From assembly GCA_951406725.2 (NCBI GenBank), contig OX597820.1:48794001-48858000 (forward strand): 64,000 nucleotides of DNA. Reading direction: 5' to 3'. The stretch is from Octopus vulgaris. Lineage: Eukaryota. Made by a program: the position numbers and the translations under genes. Every line of letters begins with the position of its first letter. Within the stretch, counting starts at the first letter, position 1. The notes below the pieces were generated by a model. That model saw nothing but the letters and a program-made list of their open reading frames with translations, did no database searches and was not told the DNA's origin. Below, piece after piece: positions 14,485 to 28,797 of the stretch.

Positions 14485-15406
14485 AAGATTATAATTTATA
14501 TTGTTATTTACTACAGTTTGCTTCTGCCACAAGCCTTTAAAAGTTTCGTTGGTTATTTACAGTTTCTTTGTATACAAAATTTGTTGAAAAAGAATCATGA
14601 TAGATTATCTTCCCACCACAATAGAAATTAATCTGAAGTGCCTGAAAACTATTTTCAAAATTCAATGGGCTATGGTGGAAGGGAGTGTATGTAAGACATC
14701 GAAAGATGTGTGTGCTGGAATTCCCTGTTGTAGTGTGTAATTACCCACACGCCCGCCCATTCTAACACAACCACGCACGCATTCTAACGTGCACCTATAC
14801 ATATATACAGAAGAAGCAAGGACCTAAACCTACAAAGGAATGTTAAACATCCAAGTCCGCTTTCAATCCAAGGCAAAGAATATATAAAAAATCTATATAT
14901 TCTATATTGGTACAATAAATAAAGTATAAGGAAAGGAAAAATTAGAAGTGTTGACGTTACTTTATCCCAAGTTGGTACATATCCAATAAAAACTCTATGA
15001 GTTGTTTGGAAGCCTATTTAATTCAAAACAGAACGAAAGATAATCGTTTTGGAATTACAAATTTAGCTTTCCTCGGGACTTCATTATTAGAATGAATGGG
15101 CTCTACCAACAAATATATGATGACCTTAACAATAGCCCAGAAAGGAGCAAACAACTAAATTATGATAGAAAGAAATTAACTTGTTAAATACATTCGTTTC
15201 GTTTTATTTTTCATTTCCACATTGCCATTATGTTATGGTTGGTATTTTAGGTAAATTCCTTCCAGAGTTATTGTTTAGATTTATATACACCCATTCTCGT
15301 TTAATAACTTAATATAAGTATTCATTAGATTAAAAATTTTTTTTTTCCTAATCATATTATTTGGATAAATTATAACTTAACAATTTTTTATATGAATTAA
15401 AACAAA

Positions 15407-15458
<52 letters not shown>

Positions 15459-15777
15459 TGAGGTATGTGTATGTATTATGTATATACATACATCAAAAGC
15501 GGGAGAGAAGTGGGACACAAAGTAAGTGAAAGAGAAAGAGAGAAAGTGAGAGAGATAGCAGATACCTAATTCCAAAGTAAAATTCATACATAGAAACATA
15601 GACAGCAAATATTGGATGTCAATTTCCCTTTTCATTACCACGCGAGGATAAAATTAACTCACACAAGGCTGAGTACTCCAAAAACACGCATAACAATAAA
15701 ATAGTTCTCAAGGAGATTCAGCCTCACACAGAATATGACAAGGCTGGCCCCTTTGAATTACAGTTACACCTCGAGAC

Positions 15778-15811
<34 letters not shown>

Positions 15812-15817
<6 letters not shown>

Positions 15818-16051
15818 CAATATTAAGGAATGGCCTTGATAGGCCATTCGACCCACTAGAAAGAGCAGCTAAACTCAAACCGCTAAATAGTTGTAATTCA
15901 GAAACCAATGGAAAATAAAAACATTTACCCTTATCATCTATTTTTATTTTCCTTTGGTTTCTGAATTACAACTATTTAGCTGGTTTGAGTTTAGCTGCTC
16001 TTTCTAGTGGGTCGAATGCCCTATCAAGGCCATTCCTTAATATTGTTGAAT
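15812..16051. repeat. Fold-back hairpin, about 110-bp arms and about 20-nt loop
   Basis: 15812-15920 is the reverse complement of 15942-16051; related to 16430-16550. Confidence 0.9.
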
Positions 16052-16079
16052 GTATATTATATAGTCTGTTGACTTACTT

Positions 16080-16160
16080 TTCTTTCTCACTGGACCGCTG
16101 GTGGCGAAAAATTTCTCTTGATTTTTTTGCTATTGATGAATATTGATGAATATATATATA

Positions 16161-16207
<47 letters not shown>

Positions 16208-16274
16208 TCAATATTCATCAATAGCAAAAAAATTCAAGAGAAATTTTTGCCACCAGCGGTCCAGTGAGAAAGAA
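16080..16274. repeat. Inverted repeat centred on (TA)n
   Basis: tctttctcactggaccgctggtggc...tgatgaa, then (TA)n, then ttcatca...gccaccagcggtccagtgagaaaga. Confidence 0.9.
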
Positions 16275-16289
16275 TGTATATATATATAA

Positions 16290-16888
16290 AATCATATCAA
16301 AGGGAAATGTAATTTAATTAAAATTAAAACTTTTAATCAAAATTTACATTTCCAGTGGTCTAACGTGTAAAAAATTTAGTCAAAAAGACTATATATTAGT
16401 CATACGATATAGTGTGTATTTAAACCCATAAGGAATCCACTAATAGGGATTCTACACGCTAGAAAGAACAGCTAGGTTCTATAACCACACAATTTGGGGA
16501 TAAAATTCGACAGGAATAAATTTGGAAATGAAAAACATTTACCATCTATTTTCCTGGACCAATTGGTTTCTAATCTTCTTTAGTGAGTCAAGAACTCACA
16601 AGCTCTGATTTCTCAGCAGGTCCAACCTAGGGTTAAAATATCCACACGAGACAAACAAGACTACTTGTCTCGTGTTTATACGACCTAACTTTGCAAATAT
16701 TACTGCGCAGACGCATTACTTCGCTGCTACAATAAAAACCGCCAACTTTTAACCGAAAATTATCCAAAACTTACAGTATTTAATCATATCAAAGGGAAAT
16801 GGAATTTAATTAAAATTAAAATTTTGTGGTTATAGAAACTAGCTATTCTTTCTAGCGCGTAGAATCCCTATAAGTGGATTCCTTGTGT

Positions 16889-16890
<2 letters not shown>
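16290..16890 (-). mobile_element. Non-coding PLE-derived element with hammerhead, direct and inverted end repeats
   Basis: 40-bp direct repeat at 16290-16329 and 16782-16821. Inverted repeat at 16427-16490 and 16824-16886. TA runs on both sides. Confidence 0.7.
16553..16620 (-). ncRNA. Type I hammerhead motif
   Basis: Minus strand reads cctg-CTGAGA-aatc..gtgagt-tcttg-actcac..gatt-a-GAAAC-CAATTG-GTC-cagg. Stem III is the palindrome ACCAATTGGT; one core base deviates. Confidence 0.7.
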
Positions 16891-16923
<33 letters not shown>

Positions 16924-17429
16924 TGTATTTGTGTGTGTATAGTTTAGGTTAGTTAAAATATGTTTGCAATAATAACTATCGCGTGTTGGAAATAAATGCA
17001 ATTATCAAACTTTCATTCGTAAATCCATTTATTATTTCATTCTTTTGCATTTCAGTTTGTATATTTGCACTCTGATTATGTACAAGCAGATATCTAAAAT
17101 GGCAATTTAGCTGTTCAGCAGGAGAGACTGATAGAATAAGCACCAGGCTTACATGGAATAAGCCCAGTGGTCAATTTCTTCGACTAAAGGGTAGTGCTCC
17201 ATCATAGACACCGTGAAATAACTGAAACAGGTAAAAGAATAAAAACGTTCCGTTCTACTAAACCAAGAAGGTTCTTTGAATATGTACGAAGTGTTTTAAG
17301 GTTAATATTAATTTCGTTTACGTTTTTGTAACTGAGATAGTTTCGTTGGATTATATAGCCATTGGTGCTACATTACTTTCTATAGTATATAACTGTCACA
17401 ATATACATTTTAGGCCAGAATTTTTTGTG

Positions 17430-17545
17430 GGGAGGGGGCCAGTTGATTAGATCGACCCGCAGCACACAATTGATACTTAATTTATCGAACCCGAAAGGAA
17501 GAAAGGCAAAGTCGACCTCGGCAGAATTTGAACTCAGATGTAAAG
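17430..17545 (-). mobile_element. SINE fragment
   Basis: gaaaggcaaagtcgacctcggcagaatttgaactcag is shared with 36020-36232, 54000-54145 and 61265-61460. Confidence 0.75.
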
Positions 17546-17652
17546 AGAGACGGCCATAATATATAAAGATTTCTCATGGCACCAGTATACTGTTTGCAGA
17601 TGCTTACATTTTCTATATTTCCGTGAATTTTTCACGGGTCCAGCTAGTGCTA

Positions 17653-17654
<2 letters not shown>

Positions 17655-17706
<52 letters not shown>

Positions 17707-17953
17707 GATTCACAGTATCATCATTGGTGTTAATAATAAAAATATTCATGTTCTTTTTAATCTTATACTTCAAACCTGTTGTGCTTAAGTTTCTACAGTG
17801 AAATGAGAATGTTGGTGTGAGATGGTTTTCCTCGTTAATTCCACTGGTTCTCTTAAATCTTAAACTCTTATTTATTATTTCATACATCATAATCACCCTC
17901 TGCAGCCTCACCACCGCCACTACTTGCTGCTGCTGCTTCTGCTGCTGCTGCTG

Positions 17954-17988
<35 letters not shown>

Positions 17989-17998
17989 GCTACTACTG

Positions 17999-18071
<73 letters not shown>

Positions 18072-18200
18072 CTCCACCACCACCACCACCACCACTGCCA
18101 CCACCATTATTATCAATACCACCACAACCAGCGCCACCGTCACCACTATCACCACTACAACCATCATCATCATCATCACCGTCACCATAATCACCACTGC
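17655..18200. repeat. Compound (ATT)n, (CTG)n, (CTA)n and (CAC)n microsatellites
   Basis: Read directly. Confidence 0.95.
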
Positions 18201-18331
18201 TTAGCAAAAGAGGCGATCATCTTAATCCCTCCTTGTCTTAGCCATATGTCACCGAAGTGATTCGACTGTTCAAGAAAGTCCTATGTGCAAATGTGCATAA
18301 ACAACCACACACACACACACATATACACACA

Positions 18332-18368
<37 letters not shown>

Positions 18369-19132
18369 GTGAGTGTATGTGTGATTATGTGTGCTTATGT
18401 AATACCTGTGTCTTCCTACGTATATGTGCAGTTAAGTTTGTAGCTTCCTGTATATGTGTGCCTATAGAAAAGCGTTCAGGATTTATCCTCACTGTCCCGA
18501 GGCTAAAATATGTCAGGGTTTCTCAATATACGTTGTTTTCTGTTAATAGCGATGCGAGAAGAGGCTTTAGTGTATTGTTCTTTGCAGCAGTGGTGTTGGT
18601 GTTGGTGTTGGTGTTGGTGCTGGTGGCGATGAAACGGTAGTGATGATTGTTGTTCGAATAGTGTTGGCGATAATCACTATAGCAATGGTCGCAATAGGGA
18701 TAATTGTAGTGGTAGGAGAAAAGATGGTGTTGGTATTGGTGGTTGTGTTGTTCTTCTGGTTGTTGTTGTTGTGGTTGTTGTTGTTGTTATTGTTATTGGT
18801 GGTGGTGGTAGAGATGACGGCTATGGAATTATTGCTGTTAGTGTTGGGTTGGTTGTGGTAACATTCGCTATGTTGGATTAGCTGGCAGTGCTGCTGCTCG
18901 GCGTTTGCGTTTAGTTATGCAAAGGTATGTAACGGATAAAGTATCCTTGTAGCAGAGTTATTGTTGCATCAGGTGGCTTCTAACTTTGTTGTCGTGCATT
19001 GTGCTGGTATGTTCTCAATAGTTGAATATGCTCGGAGTAATGTCAACATTCGTGGAGGCACATGGCCTAGTGGTTAGAGCAGCGGACTCACGGTCGAGGG
19101 ATTCAATATGCTCGGAGCAATGTTAACATTTG

Positions 19133-19440
19133 TGGAGGCACATGGCCTAGTGGTTAGAGCAGCGGACACACGGTCGAGGGATCGCGAGTTCGAATCTCAG
19201 ACTGGGCGATGTGTGTGTTTATGACCGAAACACCTAAGCTTCACGCGGCTTCGGCAGAAGGTTAAGTCGAACTTCTGCTGACTCTTTCGCCACAACTTTC
19301 TTTCAATCTTCCCTCATGAATCATGCAGCTCACCTGCGACAGAACGGCGTCCCGTCCAGGTGGGGAACTTATACGCCAAGGAAACAGGGAAACGGGCCTT
19401 TATGAGCCAGGCATGGCTCGAGTAGGAACAAAAAACAAAA
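19133..19440 (+). mobile_element. tRNA-derived SINE with target-site duplication
   Basis: A box tggcctagtggtt, B box gagttcgaatc, (caaaa)n tail. caatgttaacatt occurs at 19118-19130 and 19441-19453. Confidence 0.85.
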
Positions 19441-19778
19441 CAATGTTAACATTCATAGTAGCGACTTGGTATTGTAATTTATAATAATGTTGGCATAGTA
19501 AAGTTATGTGGTTTCACTTCGTGCTAATAATGTTTGGAAACCTCATGATAAATGACTGTCGAAGACAGTGAATCGAAATATGTCAATAATTAAGAAAATA
19601 TGAAATACAAACACTCGCACACACATGCACACATACATACACACTAGCACAACCACTGAGTCATATTTATACACAGTCTATACGTGTGTGTGTGGAGGTC
19701 ATTGTGTTTCTGTGTGTGTGCGTGTGTGAGTGTGCATATATATATATACGCATATATATATATATATGTATATATATA

Positions 19779-19862
<84 letters not shown>

Positions 19863-19891
19863 TATATATATGTATATATATATATATATAT

Positions 19892-20072
19892 AAGGGAAAG
19901 TTTACGAAAATAAACAAAAGACGAAGGCAGGTGGTGTACAAACAAACAGATGTATTAGTATAGCGCTCAGGAATAGAAAAAGTCTTTTACGCTTCGAGCC
20001 TACGCTCTTCTACAGAAATGTACGCAGAAAAAAACAAGGAGAGAAAAAAATGTGTGTAGTAGCTAACGAACT
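19892..20072 (-). mobile_element. Short PLE 3' end (same family as 28700-28900) with mutated hammerhead-like motif at 19983-20018
   Basis: Collinear with 28700-28900 and abuts (TA)n. GAAG replaces GAAA. Confidence 0.8.
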
Positions 20073-20215
20073 ATGTTATGCGTATACATATGTGTATAAT
20101 GTAGGTCCATGTACAAATACATACAACATCACATACAGTCACACACATGGATATGTATATATGTATGCATGTATAGTCCATTCAAAGAGCAAAACACTAG
20201 AGGTAAAAAGGAAAG

Positions 20216-20410
20216 AAAACGAATGTGAGAACATGCACAAGCAATATATTAATTTGGCGCTGGGTGTAGTAGTTGTTAATATTTCGAGCATAGCTCTTCA
20301 TCGGAAACTGGAAAATACCAAAAATAAGGAACGTTAATAACAACTCACTTCTTACACCGAGTGTCAAATTAATATATTGCTTGTGCACGTCCGAACGTTC
20401 GTTTTCATTT
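20216..20410 (-). mobile_element. Fold-back PLE-like terminus with hammerhead motif at 20272-20309
   Basis: Arms at about 20216-20277 and 20339-20406. Minus strand reads CCGATGA-A-gagc-tat-gctc-GAAA-tatt. Confidence 0.6.
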
Positions 20411-22939
20411 TTCGCTGTTTTTCCGTTCTTTAAATTAATTATTTACTGCACGCTCACACGGACCGGCACCGTCCTTCCGAGTGTTTTGGAGTACCTAATT
20501 CATGGATCTCTCTCTACCAACACATACAAGCTGCAGGCTTTATGTATCTGCTCAGGTACATAAACACATCTCTTGCTCTCTGTATCTCTGGTGTCTCTGT
20601 ATGTCTGTCTGTCTATCTCTATAATATAATGTAATATAATATAATATATACATATATATATATATGTGCAACACATTTGGGTGTCACTTGAGTGAGTTTT
20701 TGTCGTTGCTATTTCTAGCATGCCGAATAGCCACGTATAAGCCCTATTGATATCCATTCCTCGTTACTTGAGGTGTTTTACTGTCGTAGTGATGGTAGTA
20801 GAGCCGGGAACAGCTTTGATTTTTCTCCATGATAGTCGTGGCGTTGTGGTTTATTATTTTGGTGTTTTGATGTAATTCTAGTGCTTGTGATACTGATTGT
20901 ATTCTTGTAGAATTGCTGTGGGAAAAGCAGTGATACTTGAGAAAGGGATTCTGTGGCAGCGGTGGTGGTGTTATTGATGTTGGAAATGGTTGTGTCGATA
21001 TAGGAAATGGTTGTGATGATGGTACAGGCAAATTATGCGTCAGTGGTGGTGATGAGAGAAGTTTAACAGCTTAAAAAATTTAAGAAGTTAACATCGAACA
21101 TTTGTTGATGATTTGAAATAGATTTTGATGGATTAATCCGTCAAAATATAACAATGAGGAGGATTATGGCAGAACAATCTGTTAGAAAGACATGACTTGC
21201 TAACGTTTACAGCTTGAGTATTTGAGACCTGCAAATGGCATGGAGAAGTGGGGGAGGCTTATATTGATATATGCGTAATATGGTTAGTGTGTGCATATTT
21301 GGATACGTGTTATTGTATGTGTGACTGTATGGTTTTCTATAGTATTTGATAGTTATATTTGGCCGCATAATAGTACTGTTATTGTCGATTTTGTTTAAAC
21401 GCATGTTAGCTTTGCTTGAGCATATATATATATATGGTCAAAGGATTTCTAGTCGTGAGAGCCCGTCTAAATTTTGCGGTATAGTATAACAGGAACTACA
21501 ATTTTGTATGTGTTCTTCCATTAATGTGAAATGACAGATTTTTTATTGCTTCTGTTTCAGTTTGGTCGATTGCACAGTCTGTATATTAATGGTATACGTA
21601 GGAACCAGTAATATTGATTAATGGATTATTTTTATTATTCTGGTTGTTTTTAAGATTTTTTTCTTTCAGTGATAAAGTATTACTTAAAAGTTACTATGGT
21701 TAAAAGAATTCCTGTGGCCATTGCAAGCTCTCTGCTCAAGCTAATGCCTTTGGTGAAAGCCATATTTTTTTTCCTGGGCATTTTGCAATACACTGTCTTG
21801 AAGTGATATGTGAACGAGAAGGAAATGGTATTTTGATCCTAATACTTCAACAAATTGCTGTCCACTAAGGACATCTAGAGTTATTGTTTATATTCCTATT
21901 AATTGCAAAGTTTCTTGTACTGTATTACAAGGGAAGGAAGATTATGATCAATAATTACCATCATATGGATCGCACGTCATTATGGCAAATGACATACCCA
22001 AGGCCAAATGGTACCCATCTTGAACAACAACGGAAACGTAGGTTTTCCAGGAGAACGAAGAAAGCACAATAAGGGAATTCAACCTACAACTATTTTATTA
22101 ATCCATAAATTTAACATTTTAAAGGAAGTATTCGCTTTTGTTTTCCGCCCTTGTGGATGCAAAAACGAGGAATTCTTTAATGATACTCGCAGAGATGCTG
22201 GTAACGTTAATACATTTGTATTGATACCAAAGGGAAACTACACCTTTCTCGCATTTTCGTTACACTGAGCAAAAAGGCACTGGCTTCAAAACTTACACGG
22301 TTTCTAATCTTGGGTTATTCTTCCATGTTCTGTGGAATAATTATCGATGATTACTGACCATCATCAATTTCCTCTGAGTGAGGAATTTATCCTATGGCAC
22401 ACAGTCACGGATTGCCGAATTCTTAGCTTTTGGGGTATTATTTATACTCACGTCGAAAGTGGAGTTTTGCTTGTTGCGGTAGGTAGGTATAATAACATTG
22501 AACAGAGCACCAATGTGCACAACACAAAAATAGGAAATTACAAGCAAATTGCGAATCGAATCGTTTGATATTAAAATTTTAGGAGGATGTTTACCAAACA
22601 TAGAGAAACACTGCCAAACAAAATTTTTACATTCATTCATTCATTTATTCATTCCTTCATTTAATTCATGCATACATACATAAAGACAGACACACAGACA
22701 GACTCTCAGATAGACAGACAGACAGACACATATTTAGACGGATAGATAATACGTAAATAGATACATGCATGCAAACATACATACATACATACATACATAC
22801 ATGTAAGAGTAAGTGCATCTCAATATATGAAATATATAGTGACATTAACAGGAGTTCTTATCATGATATTTAATGCAGTAATTCAAGAATTATTAATTAG
22901 AATTTTTCTCGTAACCTGAAGAATTCATCATTATTTTAA

Positions 22940-23335
22940 TCTCTGCAGCGTTAGACAAAATCAGCATTTGTTCGAGCTCTTTAATTTTTCAGTTCAAATT
23001 CCTCGATACCTACTTTATCTTTCATCTTTTCGGGGTCGACAATGCAAAGTACCCGTTTAGCACCGGAGCCGGTGTATTCGACACGAGTACCCTTGAAATG
23101 TCTGACCTTGCGCCAAAATTAGGAAGAATATGAAAGCGGCTCTCTGCAGCGTTCGACAAAATTAGCATTTGTTCCAGCTCTTTACATTTTCAGTTCAAAT
23201 TCCTCGATGCCAACTTTCATCTTTTCGAGGTCGACAATGCAAAGTACCAGTTAAGCACTGGGGCCGGTATATTCGACTCCAGCACCCTCGAAATATCTGG
23301 CCTTGTGCCAAAATCAGGAAGAATATGAAAGCGGC
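22940..23335 (+). repeat. Tandem duplication of about 200 bp of a degenerate SINE
   Basis: The unit tctctgcagcgtt...gaagaatatgaaagcggc occurs at 22940-23140 and 23141-23335. Confidence 0.85.
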
Positions 23336-23409
23336 TGAGGTCTACATATGGTAACTGAAGGAATAGGTTGTGCAGCGTTACATACTTTTAGTATCAATAT
23401 ATTACTATT

Positions 23410-23771
23410 AGATCGCAGAATCGTTAGCACTCCGAGCAAAAAGCCTAGCAGCATTTTGTCCACCGTTCCGATCTAAATTCAAATTCCACCGAGGTCGACT
23501 TTGCCTTTCGTCATTCCGAGGTCGATTAGATACCAGTGTGTGGTTATGTGGTAAGAAGCTTGCTTCCTAACCACCAAGTTTCGGGTTCAGTCCTATTGCG
23601 TGATACCTTAGGTAAGTGCTTTATACTGTGGCTTCGGGTTGGCAAAAAGCCTTGTGACTCGATCTGGTAGATTAAAACTGATAGAAGGCTGTCGTACACA
23701 CACACACACACACACACACATACACACACACACACGCATACAAACAGACGTTTATGTTTGTATAAAAGAAA

Positions 23772-23812
<41 letters not shown>

Positions 23813-24080
23813 TCCAAACAAGAAAGCACAAAAAAACACAACATATATATATATGTGTGTGTGTGTGTATACATACATATATACATACATACATATATAC
23901 ATATATATATATATAATCTTTTATCATAAATACATATACCTTTAGGTGCAGACGTGCCTGTGTAGTAAGAAGCTCACTTCCCAATTATATGGATCTCGGT
24001 TCCCACTGCGTGGGACCTTGAGGAGGTGTCTTCTACTATAGCCTCGGGTTGTCCAAAGCCTTGTGAAAGAAGCCCGTCAT
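23410..24080 (+). mobile_element. Cluster of SINE fragments
   Basis: 23410-23530 resembles 36020. 23540-23700 and 23945-24080 resemble the 10300 head. Confidence 0.7.
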
Positions 24081-24086
24081 AAATAT

Positions 24087-24893
24087 ACATGATGAGATGG
24101 GCAAATTGTCACCATTTCATATTTTTTATTTAGCGCATGCGCATTATTTGTTTTTGATGTTGTTGACCACACCGTCTCTGAGGAAAACAGCACCATGATG
24201 CAATTCACTCATCAAGAAATATAGAAACAAACATTTTGCACTGCTTGGCATTCGCACTGGAAGCTCCAATCCGAACACTTCAGAGCGTTTTTGTGTCAAT
24301 GTGAAAACAGTCAAATCGAGGACATGTAGCGAGAGTGAGAAGAAACAAACACCCAGTCAAATCATGGTGTTTATAGTGATCACCATCCATCTTCCCACAC
24401 GGCCTCAGTCTGAACATGGAGACCTACACCAAGTTACTGGAGAATATAGTGCTGCCCTGGGTCATGCCTGCTGGAAAACCCTATGTCGATCAACAGGTCT
24501 CTGCACCATGTTACACAAGCAGAAATCAGTCATAGCTGTCAGACAATTTTGCCACTACGTTACTCCTAACCTCTGGCCATCTAACTGCCCAGAATCCAAC
24601 CCCTTTGTGTAGAGTGATGTTGAACGAGAGATCAACAAAATTCCTTCGATCACAAAAGATGAAGTGAAGGCAAGGACTATGGTAGCATTCACGAACTTAT
24701 ATAACAAGGGAACCGCCCAGAAGAGTTGCAGGAGATTCTGAAGTTTTCTGAAAGTTGCGTTTAAAGACAATCGTGATTTTATTGAATAAATTCATTCTTT
24801 AGTATTTCTAGATATTTTTATGTAATTTTTTGTAAATATATCTGTTAAAATGAGATGTCAGTGTTATTTTCTTTTTGCGTAATTTACACGAGA
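24087..24893 (+). pseudogene. Tc1/mariner-superfamily transposase remnant
   Basis: PSQIMVF, QQVSAPCYTS (QQDxAPxH-like) and LWPSNCPESNPF (WPxxSPDLNP-like). TIRs are not clear. Confidence 0.7.
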
Positions 24894-26030
24894 GTTATTC
24901 AATACTTCTTGTGTTTGTGTGTGTGTGTAGGTGTATATATATATATATACATACAATTGTCCAAATATAATGAAAATTGGATGCTTTAACGATAATATTG
25001 CTCATATTGGTGGCGTTAGCAGCAAAATGCTGCTGGAAATAATGAGTGAATGTAAATGACGATGGCGAAAGCAAACACGACACCCGTTGTTGGCATGAAT
25101 GTGAATATACAAACGACACAGAGACCGTACAACTGGATGAGAGCACAGGGCATGTGTACAAGGAAACCAATGGAAAATGGTGTCATATAGGATTTGAGAT
25201 GGAAAGTGAAGAGATGGAGTGCTGGAGCGAAGGATAGGACGTGGTGTGGAATACGATGCACCCGGTGTTGAAGGAAAGGCGGAAGTGAGAATCCTAGAGA
25301 AACATGACTGAACAGGTCAGTGCTCAAGCGAAAACAGAAAGGTGAAAGAGGTAATGGGATGGTTTCATGGTGCCAAACTGGGAGGGGAAAGAAAGAAAAC
25401 AAGTTGTTGAAGGGCAAAAAAAACTGAGGCAAAGATGGAAGCAAAGTTAAGGGAGAAAGTGGGTAGATAGAAAGAAAGAAAAGCAGAACAAGATAGAAGT
25501 GATAGTGGAGAAAAAGAAAAGTAATAAAGGAGGGGTGCACAGAACAAGACAGAAGGAGGGAGATTAGTGAAGTGAAAAGAATAGGCAGACAACGCAACAG
25601 AGAGGAAAGGTGGTGAGACTTGGTATATGTAATCCTAAAAAAGTTTGTTCTGCGTAAATCTGCAAATAGAGAATAAACAGTGTTTAGTGCATAATTAATT
25701 ATAGAAATTTTTGTATGCATTTTAGCTATTTATCTCTTTAACTATTTCAATGTCAAAGACCGCTGTAGCATAGAATTCTATTTATTTTCCTCTCGAAAAT
25801 GAAGAATCTCAAAGATAATGACAATGGGATTAAATTATCAGAGAAAAGAAAATGAAGATAAAATAAGCACTAACAAACGCAAGAACAGAGCAGTAAAAAG
25901 AGGCGGCCATATTGCACAGGAAATAGAAATATGAATGAAGATGGAAGGGTGGAGTAGTCTTTTAAGTAGAACCACAAGAATTAAGAAGGAAAAAGCAAAA
26001 CGTTAAGTGGACTAACACAACAACTAATCT

Positions 26031-26078
<48 letters not shown>

Positions 26079-26486
26079 CGTAGCTGACTTGCTGTTACAT
26101 ACACTACTGATAGTAGTAGTAGTAGCCGCAGCAGTAGTAGTGGTACTGGTAGTAGTAGTAGTAGTAGTAAGAGGGGTAGGAGGAGGAAGAATATTATTGA
26201 ATTCTAACACAATAATAAAGTTCTAACACATTGATAATGCTAATGATATTGACTATGATGATGATGGTGAGGCTGATTTTGGTGATGATGATGACAATAA
26301 CACAAACGATTATGGTGGCTGTAGAGCAGTCGTGATGACGATAGTGATAATGATATGATGACTAAAAAGAGATAAAATTATAATGTGACATAGAAGGAAA
26401 TAGCAGCAGCAGCAGTAGCAGTAGTGGTAGCAGCAGCAACAGCAGTAGTAGTAACAGCAGCAGTATTATTATCATTATTATTATTA

Positions 26487-26525
<39 letters not shown>

Positions 26526-26952
26526 GTAGTAGTAGTAGTAGTAGTAGTAGTAAAATAACACGAAGAGGAGGAAGAAGAAGACGAAGAAGAAGAAGAAGAA
26601 GAAGAAGAAGAAGAAGAAGAAGAAGAAGAAGAAGAAGAACAACAACAACAACAACAACAGACCCAGCAACAACAACAGGATTTTAAAAAATAAAGGAAAG
26701 CAATTACAATAACAACAACGAGCGAAGAAAAACACAGTAAACAAATATGATGAAAACGATAGCCGAGATAAAGAACAAGAAGGAATGATCGAAGAAAAAT
26801 AGAGATGGTGTTAAAAAAATTGGGAAAAGAACAAATGAACAATTTTCGGAAAATTATAAGTTTGAAGAGATAAAGTGCGTGTGTGTTTGTGTGTATGTGA
26901 GGGGTGTGTGTATGCAAAGATCTCTGTATGCAAGACAGTGTGTGTGGTTTGT

Positions 26953-27007
<55 letters not shown>

Positions 27008-27123
27008 AATGCGATAAGAGATAGTTGCAGCTACTATTATAATTGAACGTAAAAGTTAATTGAAATGATGACAGCTATCCATCCATCCATCCATCCATCT
27101 CTCCATCCATCCATCTATCTATA

Positions 27124-27292
<169 letters not shown>

Positions 27293-27305
27293 ATATATTT
27301 ATCTA

Positions 27306-27351
<46 letters not shown>

Positions 27352-27512
27352 ACTAGCTGTCTGTCTGTCTTAACTCTATCTATCTATCTACCTATCTATC
27401 TGTCTGTCTTATGTTATATATACATATATGTGTGTGTGCATAAATGTCTATGCAATTATATGATATATATAAATATGAATATATATATATATACGCACAC
27501 ATGTATGCATGT

Positions 27513-27547
<35 letters not shown>

Positions 27548-28575
27548 CATACACATATATATCTATACTTACACACAAACACACATGTCTATACATGAAC
27601 TCGTGTGCGTATGTGCGTGTGCCTATCGCTTAATCTTTGGAAAAGGATAAACGATTCAGATAAGCGAGGAGAAAGGAAAGCATTTAGGCAAGCTAGAAAC
27701 GAACTGTATATAGGGATTACAAGGAGTAGTGTTGATGTAACTGATGAGTTCTAATGCATTAGGGATATTGATGGCTTTGAGTGCTTATGGGGCTTGTAGT
27801 GGTAGTGCCGAGAGCAAAAAAAAAATTGCATTCTAATTCTAATTATATATTTTTCACTTTAAACGGTGATTTGTCAAGCTAAAGGATAAAGGGATGAAGA
27901 TGAGAAAGGAACGGTATAATAATGAGTAGGTATAGGAAGACACGGGTCACGAGGACAAGGAGTTGTTGAGCGTAAATGCCTTCTGAGATTCGTGTGTGCT
28001 TGCGTGTGTGTGTGCGTAAGTGTGTATGTACGCGTGTGCGCGCGAAATTCGTGGTTTTGTGCTTGTATAAGAAATTATAAAGATTATGCTGAGATAGAAA
28101 GGTAGTAAGAAAGCTAGAAAGAAAGAGAGATAGAAAGGTAGTAAGTAAAGAGAATTAGAGAAAATGATCCATACGTGATGAAAAAAAATGGATTTCAGCA
28201 AAATAGACACGCACTTACACATAGACGCGAACCACACGTACGTGCAAAGATGTACAAGTTGTAAGAAAGTATAGTGAGAGTGAAAGGGTGAGAGAAAGCA
28301 TCTGTCTATCTACCTCGCTATACATACTTACATACATAGACATATATGCACATATATACTTCAACCTCCGCAAAAAATCTCAAATTTCATTTAATTTGCT
28401 TTGCGGGAAGGAATGTTTCAACTAAGTTACATCTTGTCCTTACCTTCGGAAACGTGGAAGAGATGAAACAGGGACAACTGAAGAAGGAGAATATTCTTTA
28501 TGTCGTATGTCTTGTTTCTCTGTTTGTTTGTTTTTTTTTCGTTGTTCGAAAAAAGTTCGTTTCTATGTTTTTGTT

Positions 28576-28633
<58 letters not shown>

Positions 28634-28797
28634 TATATATATATATATATTTTTATATATATATATATATATATAAATAGGTATATATATATATATATAA
28701 CGGGAAGCTTTATGAAAATAAACAAAAGACGAAGGCAGGTGGAAAACAAACGAACAATTGTATTAGTATGGCGCTCAGGAAATATAAATAAAACAAG

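Noticed and set aside
19049-19205. tRNA gene-like sequence
   Set aside because: It continues into a SINE body with a tail and TSD, so it is a SINE head.
25016-25720. 234-aa hydrophobic ORF
   Set aside because: It is the antisense of a purine-rich low-complexity tract with no recognisable motif.
28425-28500. Possible type III hammerhead (ttgtcc..ggacaa-CTGAAGA)
   Set aside because: There is no properly placed GAAA or stem III partner downstream.
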